Counted from the stretch's first letter, positions 9,997-19,041 are shown. The stretch: 64,000 bases of DNA from a virus (IMGVR_UViG_3300037225_001468:32001-96000); one strand, 5' to 3'. Translations and numbers: made by a program. The notes: a model not told the origin generated them from the sequence alone.

Positions 9997-11976
9997 GTGG
10001 CAAAAAGTGATATAGAAATTAGAAACGAGTTATTATCTTTTGTAAAAATTAAGGATAGTAATGAGTTAAAAAAAATAGAACAGGAATTAGATATTCTGTC
10101 TATTACTGAAGGTTTGGATGAAAAAAGTAATCTTGAATCCTTTTACAATATTTGGGATAAAAGAAAAGGTCAAATTGGTAACGAAAATAAAATTAACAGT
10201 TGGCTTGCTTATCATTTAGGTTTAACGTTAGCTAAACCTAATGGGGAATTTTTGCCATTAAGAAGAGCTTTTGCTAGAGCAGGTTTTCCTGATATAGATA
10301 GTGATTTTGATTATTTTCATCGTCAAGAAATTTATGATTTTATTATAGAAAAATTTGGCAGAGAATATGTTGGTAATATTGGAACTTATAATGGATTAAA
10401 ATTAAAAGCCACTATTAGAAGATTAGGAAAAGCTTTAGATGTTGCTGGTTCTTTTTTTAAGGGATCTAAAGCTAATAAAACCGACAATGAAGAAAAGGTG
10501 ACAGAAATAGTAAAGTCATTACCTCCTCAAAGGGGAGCGGTTCTTAAAGTTAAAGATGAAGATGGTAATGATAGGGCTATAAAGACTGTTGAGGATGCCT
10601 ATAAATATTGTGGTGATTTTAGAAATTATATAGATAAATATCCTGGTATTAGAGAACACGCTAAGAAAATTGAGGGTTTAACATCTAATGTAGGATGTCA
10701 TGCTTCTGGGATTTTAATATCTAATGTCCCACTAAAACAGATAGCTCCATTAAAAAATATTAAAAAAGGATTAGTCACTCAGTTTCCTTATGAAGATTTA
10801 GAAAGCATCGGATTGATAAAATTTGATATTCTTGCCTTAAGCTCTTTGACTGTTATTCAAAAAACTATAGAAATGGTAAAACAAAATTATGGCATAACTA
10901 TTGATATTGCCAATTTGCCTCTTGATGATGAAAAAACATTTGAACTTTATAGAAGTGGAAATTTGGTTGGAGTGTTTCAGTGTGAAAACGGGGGAATGCA
11001 AAACACAATTCAAGAAATTGAGGCAAGCTGTTTTGATGATATTATGGCAGCGATTGCTTTGTATCGTCCTGGTCCAATGATATCTATTCCCGAGTATTGT
11101 GCAAGAAAGAAGGGGATAAATGAAGTAAATTATTTTCATCCATCAATAGAAAAATATGTAAAACCTTATTTAGAGAAAACATATGGTCTTATTGTATATC
11201 AAGAGCAAGTTATGCAGATATGTAATTCTCTTGCTGATTTTAGTATAACAGAAGGCTATGTTATGATTAAGGGTGTAGGTAAAAAGAAAGATTATTTAAT
11301 ACAAAAGTTTAAGAAGAGATTTTTAGAAGGAACAGCTAAGAAGGGTGTATTAAATTCTGTTTCTGAAGAATATTGGGATAAGTATATAACTCCATTTTCC
11401 AGCTACGGTTTTAATAAGTCACATTCCTGTTCTTACGGTTTATTGTCTTACTATAGTGCTTTTTTGAAGGCTAATTATACAGAAGAGTTTATGGTGTCAT
11501 TTTTGAATGTTGAAAATTATAGAAAAAAACACGACAAAATAGCAGTTTTAGAAAAAGACTTAAAGAGATTTGATATTTATCTTCATCCAAGAAACATTAA
11601 CACTTGTGGAGTTGATTACAAAATAATAAAGAAAAAAGATACTTTATCGGGTGTTGTTAGATCTGAGATAATGCCTTCTGTTATGTGTAAGGGTATGGGT
11701 CTAGATGCCGCTCAAGAGTTAGAAAAAAATGCTCCATATGAAGGATTAAGAGATATAGCTTTTAAGACTAATTCTAAATTATTTGATAATAGAGCCATGA
11801 CCTGTTTAATAGAAGCTGGATTTTTTGATAATGAGTTTAAGGAATATAAAAAAGCTAATAAGGGTGTAAAAAAAGAAGAATTTCAAGAAATAATTCTTAA
11901 AAAATTTACTTCACTAAGAGAAGATTCTAAGGCTTCTAAAAAATTAGGATTAGGAACTGAATCGCTTTTTGATTAA
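9997..11976 (+). CDS. dnaE: DNA polymerase III alpha, C-terminal catalytic subunit (palm, thumb, fingers, HhH; no OB fold)
   Basis: FPDIDSDF, HASGILI, GLIKFDILAL, GVFQCE, ALYRPGP, TYGLIVYQEQVM, YGFNKSHS; GTG start. Confidence 0.92.
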   Translation: MAKSDIEIRNELLSFVKIKDSNELKKIEQELDILSITEGLDEKSNLESFYNIWDKRKGQIGNENKINSWLAYHLGLTLAKPNGEFLPLRRAFARAGFPDIDSDFDYFHRQEIYDFIIEKFGREYVGNIGTYNGLKLKATIRRLGKALDVAGSFFKGSKANKTDNEEKVTEIVKSLPPQRGAVLKVKDEDGNDRAIKTVEDAYKYCGDFRNYIDKYPGIREHAKKIEGLTSNVGCHASGILISNVPLKQIAPLKNIKKGLVTQFPYEDLESIGLIKFDILALSSLTVIQKTIEMVKQNYGITIDIANLPLDDEKTFELYRSGNLVGVFQCENGGMQNTIQEIEASCFDDIMAAIALYRPGPMISIPEYCARKKGINEVNYFHPSIEKYVKPYLEKTYGLIVYQEQVMQICNSLADFSITEGYVMIKGVGKKKDYLIQKFKKRFLEGTAKKGVLNSVSEEYWDKYITPFSSYGFNKSHSCSYGLLSYYSAFLKANYTEEFMVSFLNVENYRKKHDKIAVLEKDLKRFDIYLHPRNINTCGVDYKIIKKKDTLSGVVRSEIMPSVMCKGMGLDAAQELEKNAPYEGLRDIAFKTNSKLFDNRAMTCLIEAGFFDNEFKEYKKANKGVKKEEFQEIILKKFTSLREDSKASKKLGLGTESLFD

Positions 11977-11988
11977 AAGGAGAAATAA

Positions 11989-12294
11989 ATGGCAGATGAG
12001 ATTAAGAGTAGTATTTCTGAAAGAAATACTAAAGTGATTAAAGGGATAGAGAGAACATTAAATACTGGCAAGTATGAGAGTATTAGAATATCTGTTTCTT
12101 TTGAAGAAGAAATTGTTTGGACCACTCTTGATGAAAGACAAAAAAAAATAGATGCTATATCTAAGCATGTTATTAATGATTTTCAGAAGACTAAAAGTGA
12201 AGTTTGTCAGTCTTTAGGATTAGAAGAGAAAAAAGCTTTTGGAAACAACAAAGAAGATACTGTTGTAGATAATGGTATTTTTGATAAACTATAA
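11989..12294 (+). CDS. conserved phage-type small protein
   Basis: RTLNTGKYESIRI resembles an NLGNYESxR motif recalled from phage replication regions; AGGAG SD. Confidence 0.6.
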   Translation: MADEIKSSISERNTKVIKGIERTLNTGKYESIRISVSFEEEIVWTTLDERQKKIDAISKHVINDFQKTKSEVCQSLGLEEKKAFGNNKEDTVVDNGIFDKL

Positions 12295-12309
12295 AGAAAA
12301 GGAAATATT

Positions 12310-13503
12310 ATGCCAGAAATAGATGAAATAATGGACATATTTGGTATCCCCAAAAAAAGTAATGATCCTGGATCGGAAACTGAAGAGGCTACGGATAATG
12401 ATGAAGTGTATGATACTCTAGGAAAACAGGGAGATACTGTTCCATTTGAAGAAAAGGTTAAAGATGTTAAAGAAGTTATACAAAAAGCTGTAGCTGAACT
12501 TGGAATACCATCTTCAGTCAAGAAAGAAGATAAATCTGTTTCTAATGAAGAAACTATTAAGGTGTCAGTAGAAGAAGTAAAGTCAAAAAGCTGTGAGGAA
12601 GATATTCTTGATATATCTAATGAGATAATTAAAGAAGATATTAAAAAAGAAGAAGATAAAAGAATTGATGTCATGTTAAATAAACCGGCAATTCCTTTTA
12701 TGGTTTCTGAGACAAAAGAAGAATTACCAGCAGGTGTTGAAAACAAAAAAGAAACATATGTTATTGTAAATCTTCAGGATTGGAATTTAGAGTCTCCATC
12801 GCCTAAATATGATAAATTTTATGCGGAAAAAAAGAATATTCTTAAAACCATATTAAAGGGTGGAAAATTGCCTTTTGATGATTATGAGAAAGATCTAATT
12901 GACTGTAAGGTTGATGTCTCTATACCTATTTTTGATACTGCTGAAATACATAGAAAAATGCAAGAAGTTCAGGGGTGGAGAGACAGGATAAAAGAAATAC
13001 AGATGAATTGCTCTAAACAATATTTTAAGTGGGAAACGGCCTTACAGCTTCTTGAGGGCTTATTATCCAAAGTTGAATATACTAAACCATCGGCAGGCAG
13101 GGACGGTATTATTTATGAACATTTGGCTGATATGAAGTTTTATTTTGATGATTTAAAAAACATACACAGGTCTGCTGAAATAGTATCTAAACACATGGAT
13201 AATGCTTTTGATTGTCTGTCTAGACAAGCAACTATAGCTATGCCTAATAGGAACATAGAAAGATCTAATACCACTTGGGGAAATGTAAATAAAGATGAAG
13301 CGTTTTCTGAAAAAAAAGATATATTGACAAAAGAAATATTTCCCATAGCTAAAAAAGAAGAAGTAAATATACCAGAAAAACTAAAAGATTTTGATATTTT
13401 AGGAGAATTAGGAGATGGAGCAATTAAACCTGTAGTTAAAGAGAAAAAAATAGATTTAGATAATGGGGCAAAGCAAATATCTTGGGAATCCTTAATGAAA
13501 TAA
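12310..13503 (+). CDS. hypothetical protein with acidic disordered N-terminus and coiled-coil core
   Basis: long ORF, AAGGA SD. Confidence 0.75.
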   Translation: MPEIDEIMDIFGIPKKSNDPGSETEEATDNDEVYDTLGKQGDTVPFEEKVKDVKEVIQKAVAELGIPSSVKKEDKSVSNEETIKVSVEEVKSKSCEEDILDISNEIIKEDIKKEEDKRIDVMLNKPAIPFMVSETKEELPAGVENKKETYVIVNLQDWNLESPSPKYDKFYAEKKNILKTILKGGKLPFDDYEKDLIDCKVDVSIPIFDTAEIHRKMQEVQGWRDRIKEIQMNCSKQYFKWETALQLLEGLLSKVEYTKPSAGRDGIIYEHLADMKFYFDDLKNIHRSAEIVSKHMDNAFDCLSRQATIAMPNRNIERSNTTWGNVNKDEAFSEKKDILTKEIFPIAKKEEVNIPEKLKDFDILGELGDGAIKPVVKEKKIDLDNGAKQISWESLMK

Positions 13504-13515
13504 TGGAGGATAAGC

Positions 13516-14187
13516 ATGAATTTTTGGGACAATATAAGTAAAGGTATAGACAAGAATAAGCCGAGATACATGAAACTTGTTAGTGGCCATAAATATAAGA
13601 TTAGGCCATTAGGGATACCATATGAAATTAAAAAATATCTATTAAAGCATAATGAACAGTGGAGATCTGCTATATGTTTAGACGTAGAAACATGTCCAGT
13701 GGCTAATAAACATAACATTTTGCCCAAAGACAAATGTGTTATGAATGTTATTAATAGGGAAAGTGGTCAGATAGAAATACTTGAAAATTATCCAAATGTT
13801 TTTTACGAGATGGCTAATTTTTACAATAAAACAGGTAAAAATCCCGGAGGAACAGATGGAGCTCATTTTGAATTGTCTGTATCTGGGTCTGGTTCATCTA
13901 CAAAATATACTATGAAGTTTTTAGGGCCACACATCCTTTCAGAAGAAGATATAGCGTTAGTTAAGAAAAATGGACTGTATGATCTTAAAAAAATATATAG
14001 AGCTACTGATCCGAATAAAATAGAACAGGTTTTATTTGGAGAAAATGGATATAAAAATGATGAAAAAGAAGTTAATGTTATTACTGGAACAAATAAGCAT
14101 TTTAGTGATGAAGATGTCGATAATAGTATAAGTAAAGCATATCAAAAAGAGAAAGTCACAACGACATTACTTGATCTTGATTTTTAA
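13516..14187 (+). CDS. putative phage single-stranded DNA-binding protein
   Basis: YMKL..GHKYKIRPLG, CP, NVINRESGQIEILE, acidic/hydrophobic tail LLDLDF; directly upstream of recA. Confidence 0.55.
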   Translation: MNFWDNISKGIDKNKPRYMKLVSGHKYKIRPLGIPYEIKKYLLKHNEQWRSAICLDVETCPVANKHNILPKDKCVMNVINRESGQIEILENYPNVFYEMANFYNKTGKNPGGTDGAHFELSVSGSGSSTKYTMKFLGPHILSEEDIALVKKNGLYDLKKIYRATDPNKIEQVLFGENGYKNDEKEVNVITGTNKHFSDEDVDNSISKAYQKEKVTTTLLDLDF

Positions 14188-14205
14188 TATCAAAAAGGAG
14201 ATTTT

Positions 14206-15423
14206 ATGACAAAAGATAAGAAAAAAGAACCTAAAAAAGATATAGTTTTAGAGAACTTAAAGGGGTTTGTTCGTCTTGGAGCTTCTTCTGAGATATCGGG
14301 AAATGTTCCTACAGGGCATTTTGATTTAGACTTTGTTATTCATCATGGAACGTTGCCTTCTAATGTAGACCTGTCAACATTAAAAGATTATGATCCTTCT
14401 AAGTCTCTTGGTTTGCCATTAGGTAAATTGGTAGAGATATTTGGAGAGGAAGGTGGAGGAAAATCATCTCTTGCTTATAGGATAGTAGGATATGCTCAGA
14501 AAATGGGTTTTAAGTGTGCGTGGATTGATACAGAACATAGTTTTTCTGATAGTCTATCTTACATAAATGGTGCAAGAAAAGAAGATATTTATTATGCTAA
14601 CATGTCAAATTCTGAGAATGTTGATACCGTTTTTTTTGCGGAAGATGTTTTTGATGCTATTGTTAATTTAATAAAGAGTGAGGTTAAAGTTATAGTTCTG
14701 GATTCAGTTGCTAATCTTGTCCCTCAAGCTAGATTTGAAAAAGAAGCAGGACAAGCCACTGTAGGTATTGTTGCTAAATTGATGTCTGAAAACTTAGGAA
14801 AAATAGTTAATTATGCTGCTAAATATGGAGCATTGGTAATATTCATAAATCAGTTGAGAGAAAAGATTGGTGTATTTTTTGGATCTCCTGAAACTACTCC
14901 TGGTGGTCGAAGTTTGAAACATAATGCTTCCGTGAGATTACAGGTATCAAAAAAGAACAGTAAAGAAGCCGACATTTTCAGAGAAGATGAAGGTGGAAAA
15001 CAGGTTCTTATTGGGCGAAAGGCCAGGATTAATGTTAAAAAGAATAGATTTGCTAAGCCATTTTTTGAAGGAATAGAAGTTCCAATTTATTATGAACCAT
15101 ATTTTCCTGATATTGAAGAAATGATGTTTGATACAGGTAGGCAGTTAAAAATTATTAGTGTTTATAAGGGAGTGTTTAAGTGGGAAGGAGTGGAAGAAGA
15201 AGGACGTAAATCTTTTGTTAAAAAATTAAAAGAAGAAAAATTACAAAATAAATTATTTTTTGATTTACAAAAACAAGCTTTAGAAGATGGTTTGTTTTTA
15301 GCTCCAGAACTTTCTCAGTGGGCCGAAGAAAATTATAATCCAGAAGATATACAAGAGGCAGCAAAGCAGATAGATGAAGGAGTAAATAATGAGAAACCAA
15401 CAGATGAGGGACAAACTGAATGA
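14206..15423 (+). CDS. recA: RecA recombinase
   Basis: GLPLGKLVEIFGEEGGGKS, WIDTEH, VLDSVANLVP, FINQLREKIG, ETTPGGRSLKH, KKNRFAKPF. Confidence 0.95.
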   Translation: MTKDKKKEPKKDIVLENLKGFVRLGASSEISGNVPTGHFDLDFVIHHGTLPSNVDLSTLKDYDPSKSLGLPLGKLVEIFGEEGGGKSSLAYRIVGYAQKMGFKCAWIDTEHSFSDSLSYINGARKEDIYYANMSNSENVDTVFFAEDVFDAIVNLIKSEVKVIVLDSVANLVPQARFEKEAGQATVGIVAKLMSENLGKIVNYAAKYGALVIFINQLREKIGVFFGSPETTPGGRSLKHNASVRLQVSKKNSKEADIFREDEGGKQVLIGRKARINVKKNRFAKPFFEGIEVPIYYEPYFPDIEEMMFDTGRQLKIISVYKGVFKWEGVEEEGRKSFVKKLKEEKLQNKLFFDLQKQALEDGLFLAPELSQWAEENYNPEDIQEAAKQIDEGVNNEKPTDEGQTE

Positions 15424-16168
15424 TGCTGAAAGGGTGAAAATAGTTGAAAATGCTAAATTAGAAATAAAAAATCATAAAGATGTTGTAGAATATCTGAAAT
15501 CTAATAAAAGACATTTTACTGATGAAGGTATAGATTTTATAGTAAAAGAGTTTTCTGTAGGATATATGCCAGAAGGCGTATATAATTTATATGGAGATTT
15601 TCACGAATTTTCTGGAAGAATAATTTTACCCATATATGATCAGTATAATGAATTGATCGCATTATCTTCAAGAGATTGGAGAGAAAATGCTTATATGAAG
15701 TTTTTTCATGAGAGTTTTCCTAAAACTCGTTATTTATATGGATTAAATGTAGCAAAAGAAAGTATCATAAAAAACAAAAGAGCTATTTTGGTAGAAGGTG
15801 AATTTGATGTTCAATATCTACATTATAGAGGAATTAAAGAAACAGCAGGCATTATGAGTAGTAATTTACATCTATATCAAATATCTTTATTGTGTAGGTA
15901 TTGTAAAGATATATATATAGTTTTTGATGGAGATAATTCTGGCAAAAAGTCTAAAGATAAAATTGTAAATAAAAGTATTTCTATGAAGATGTTTTCTATG
16001 TATGATATCAATATTATTCCTGTTATATTGCCAGACAAAATGGATCCTGATGATTTTGTTTTTAACAATGGAGTAAAAGAGTTTAATAATTTATTAGAAA
16101 AATCGAAGAAAGATTTTGACGAGGGTTCGGACGAAAGAATTAAAGAAGAAATATTATATAAGGTGTAA
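15389..16168 (+). CDS. dnaG: DnaG primase catalytic core (TOPRIM) lacking the zinc-binding domain
   Basis: FSGRIILPI, LYGLN, ILVEGEFDV, VFDGDNSG, LPDKMDPDDF; no CHC2 finger. Confidence 0.88.
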   Translation: MRNQQMRDKLNDAERVKIVENAKLEIKNHKDVVEYLKSNKRHFTDEGIDFIVKEFSVGYMPEGVYNLYGDFHEFSGRIILPIYDQYNELIALSSRDWRENAYMKFFHESFPKTRYLYGLNVAKESIIKNKRAILVEGEFDVQYLHYRGIKETAGIMSSNLHLYQISLLCRYCKDIYIVFDGDNSGKKSKDKIVNKSISMKMFSMYDINIIPVILPDKMDPDDFVFNNGVKEFNNLLEKSKKDFDEGSDERIKEEILYKV

Positions 16169-16171
16169 AAA

Positions 16172-17185
16172 ATGTCAAATGATTCTAGTATTTTTTTAGT
16201 GTCTCCTGAAATAAGTTCTGTAATGGGCGTTATGGATGCTCACTTGAAATGGAAAAGTGCGAACGGAAAACCCAGGGGATATGAGACATATCATCCTAGT
16301 GCGTTTGGGGCATGTTTAAGAAATATGCAGTATTTTAGATATGTAGAAAAGGGATATATTCAAATATCTGTTGAGGAGTTTGATAGTAAGACAATAAGGA
16401 TATTTGACACAGGTCATACCATGCACTCTCGTTGGGCTTCTTATTCTGAAGATATAGGGATATTAAGAGGATATTGGATATGCACAAATCCAATGTGCAG
16501 AATAATAGATGATGAAGGAAAATTAATAAAAAATATATCTAATGATATAATAAGTTCGCAAACAGAAAAGCCAAGAATGTATGGTAAAAAAGACCCATTA
16601 GGATGTTTTAAACCGGAAAAATGTATTTGTGGAAATAATGTTTTTGAATATAGAGAAATTGATGTTAGTAGTAAAGAGCTTAACTTTTACGGTCATGCTG
16701 ATATGGTTTGGGATTTTTCTAAGTTTAATCCTGAAAAATACAACGGATTTAAGAAGGGTTTTAATATGGAATTGCTTCCAAAAAATCCAGTTGTTGTTGA
16801 CATGAAAACGATAAATGATTATGGATATAAAAAAGTGTTACAATCAGGACCAGATCTAAAATATAAAATTCAACTAACTATATATGCCAATTTGTTACCT
16901 GTGGAATATGGACTACTTATTTATGAAAATAAAAATTCATCAGAGGTTGCTCCCTATAAGATAGACAAATCAACAGATAATATTTTTGCGCAAATAAAAA
17001 AACAAGCAATTTCTATGAATGAAATGGTTCCGTTAAAATTATTACCTCCTCCGAGGCCATTAGATCAAGATGATATTGAGTGTAGAAAATGTCCTTTTGC
17101 TCAAGTTTGTCATAAATCTAAGATTTGGTCTGATAAAGATTTAGTTCAAAAGAGAAAGAGCTTTTATGGCAATTTAATGAAATAA
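16172..17185 (+). CDS. Cas4-like PD-(D/E)XK exonuclease with an extra Cys-rich insertion
   Basis: HPSAFGACLR, GHTMH, GHAD, VVDMKT, QLTIYA, CRKCPFAQVC. Confidence 0.8.
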   Translation: MSNDSSIFLVSPEISSVMGVMDAHLKWKSANGKPRGYETYHPSAFGACLRNMQYFRYVEKGYIQISVEEFDSKTIRIFDTGHTMHSRWASYSEDIGILRGYWICTNPMCRIIDDEGKLIKNISNDIISSQTEKPRMYGKKDPLGCFKPEKCICGNNVFEYREIDVSSKELNFYGHADMVWDFSKFNPEKYNGFKKGFNMELLPKNPVVVDMKTINDYGYKKVLQSGPDLKYKIQLTIYANLLPVEYGLLIYENKNSSEVAPYKIDKSTDNIFAQIKKQAISMNEMVPLKLLPPPRPLDQDDIECRKCPFAQVCHKSKIWSDKDLVQKRKSFYGNLMK

Positions 17186-17205
17186 AATTATTATGTCGAT
17201 ATAAT
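17175..17205 (+). promoter_or_regulatory. putative promoter (sigma28/sigmaD-like GTCGATAT overlapping TATAAT)
   Basis: TAAT-N17-TCGATATAAT upstream of spoVS. Confidence 0.45.
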
Positions 17206-17251
17206 TGATGTATATATTTTGAGATTATTTTTGTAAAACAAGGAGAAAAAC

Positions 17252-17602
17252 ATGACAAACTCAAAAGAAAACGTGAACGGAAATGTAAAAACACCTTTTA
17301 GTAATTCTAGTGATCCGGCTTTTCTTGCTGTTAAAGGTAATTTTGAAAACAAGGATGACGCCAAGGCTTATGTAAAAGATTTAGCTAAAGCTGTTTTTGT
17401 TGTATTTCAAAAGCTTAATACAGCAAAACTTCGTTGTATTGGTGCAGCATCACTGAATAATGCGATTAAGGCTACGATTATTGCTTCTGGAGAAGCAAAG
17501 AAAAAGAGTTTGAATTTTGCTATAGTTCCATCATTTACTACTGTTCAATTTGATGGAGGAGAAGATAGAACTGCTGTAGTATTAGAAGTCGTTAAGATTT
17601 GA
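17252..17602 (+). CDS. spoVS: SpoVS family (Alba-like) protein
   Basis: LAKAV, LRCIGAASLNNAIKATIIA, IVPSFTTVQFDGGEDRTAVVLEV. Confidence 0.8.
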   Translation: MTNSKENVNGNVKTPFSNSSDPAFLAVKGNFENKDDAKAYVKDLAKAVFVVFQKLNTAKLRCIGAASLNNAIKATIIASGEAKKKSLNFAIVPSFTTVQFDGGEDRTAVVLEVVKI

Positions 17603-17659
17603 TTTTGCACAAAAAATAGTAAGTCAGAAATGATTTGCTATTTGTTTTAATGAGGATAA

Positions 17660-18262
17660 ATGTTGATGTTAAATCAAAAAAAAATAGCAGACATAATAGA
17701 AACGAAGCAGTCTATTCCATTAGATAATGAGATGGAAATAGAAGATGTCATTGTAGCCATAAGCGGTTTAGATAAAAAATTAAATTTTCTTGCCAAATTA
17801 AAAAAGAATAGGGTAGAAAAAATAGATGAAGAAATAGAAAAGTTTGAAGAAAGAAAAAAATTATTAAAGCAAGTTATAGAAGATACTCTTAAAAAGTTTA
17901 ACTATAAATCTTTGAATTTTCCGGGAATTGGTAGAGTGATTATGAAAAATCCACAATCTAAGTGGACAATAATAAATGAAGAAGAACTTCTTAAGGTATT
18001 AAAATCTGAACTTGGAAGCGATTATGATAAAATAGTTCAAACTAAGCTTTCGATTATAAAAAAGGAACTTACTGCCTTATTAGATGAATGGGAGAAAACT
18101 AATAAAGTTCCAGCATGTGTAGATAAGGAAATAGGAAATACTATTGTAAATATATCTTACGGAGACCAGATTGAAGAAAAATCTGAAAAAATGGAAGAGA
18201 TAAATGAAAATAGAAAGGACACAGAAGTAAGTAAAGAGAACTTTGATGGAATAGATTTTTAA
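17660..18262 (+). CDS. Gam/Gp157-like coiled-coil protein
   Basis: coiled coil followed by KSLNFPGIGRV...KWTIINEEELL...IIKKEL. Confidence 0.5.
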   Translation: MLMLNQKKIADIIETKQSIPLDNEMEIEDVIVAISGLDKKLNFLAKLKKNRVEKIDEEIEKFEERKKLLKQVIEDTLKKFNYKSLNFPGIGRVIMKNPQSKWTIINEEELLKVLKSELGSDYDKIVQTKLSIIKKELTALLDEWEKTNKVPACVDKEIGNTIVNISYGDQIEEKSEKMEEINENRKDTEVSKENFDGIDF

Positions 18263-18270
18263 GGATATCT

Positions 18271-19041
18271 ATGAAAAAGATAAAAAGAGTTACTGAAGAT
18301 AATAGAGTTAAAATAGCAAATCAAAAATTAAAATCTTTATATAAAAAGATACCTAATACAAATGGTTGTTTAGAAAATCTTAGTAAATGTTGTTCGTATT
18401 GTTGCCAGATACAAAACCCTCAGGTTTTATATTGCGAATTTCTAAATTCTTGGTATAACATTATTACTACGTGGGAGACTGAAGATGTTATTAGATTATT
18501 TGAAAGAGCATTAAGAAATTATTTATCAAACAACATTACTAAAGGTTGTATTTTTTGGGATGAAAATACAAGGTTGTGTAAACAACATAAAACAAGACCG
18601 TATTCTTGTATGATGTATGGAATAACACCTGATGAAGAATTTGCTCCTAGATATGAAAGATTGAAAGCTTTATATAAAGATAGGACTGATGTGTGTTTTA
18701 GAGAACAATGTAATTTAGTTAAAACAGAACATAATAAAAAAGTAAATATTAAGGATACAGGTCACTGGTGGAGATGTTTGAACGAAATAGAACAGGGTTT
18801 AGGAGTAAAGAAAAAAGAGATTAATGATGGACCGGGAGGTTCTTATAGAACATATCATGACCATTTGTTAATTCAGTTGCTTCCTGAAAATATTCTTGAA
18901 CAATTAACTCAAGTTAGATTAGATGGAGATATAATAAGTAAAGAAATGGCAATAAGAAATCTGGTTGATCAGTTGAAACAAAATATAGAAAAAGGCTTTA
19001 AGGGAGATAGAGTAAGTGGCAACGAAGAAACAAAGAGTTAA
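18271..19041 (+). CDS. YkgJ-family cysteine-cluster protein
   Basis: C...CCSYCC, CIFWD...CKQHKTRPYSCMMYG. Confidence 0.75.
   Translation: MKKIKRVTEDNRVKIANQKLKSLYKKIPNTNGCLENLSKCCSYCCQIQNPQVLYCEFLNSWYNIITTWETEDVIRLFERALRNYLSNNITKGCIFWDENTRLCKQHKTRPYSCMMYGITPDEEFAPRYERLKALYKDRTDVCFREQCNLVKTEHNKKVNIKDTGHWWRCLNEIEQGLGVKKKEINDGPGGSYRTYHDHLLIQLLPENILEQLTQVRLDGDIISKEMAIRNLVDQLKQNIEKGFKGDRVSGNEETKS

Noticed and set aside
9260-10290. Split intein or stop-codon readthrough joining the DnaE halves
   Set aside because: No intein terminal residues or blocks; the three ORFs are in different frames and the middle one is a complete ClpP
16172-17260. CRISPR-Cas locus suggested by the Cas4-like gene
   Set aside because: No repeat-spacer array or other cas genes seen in the window
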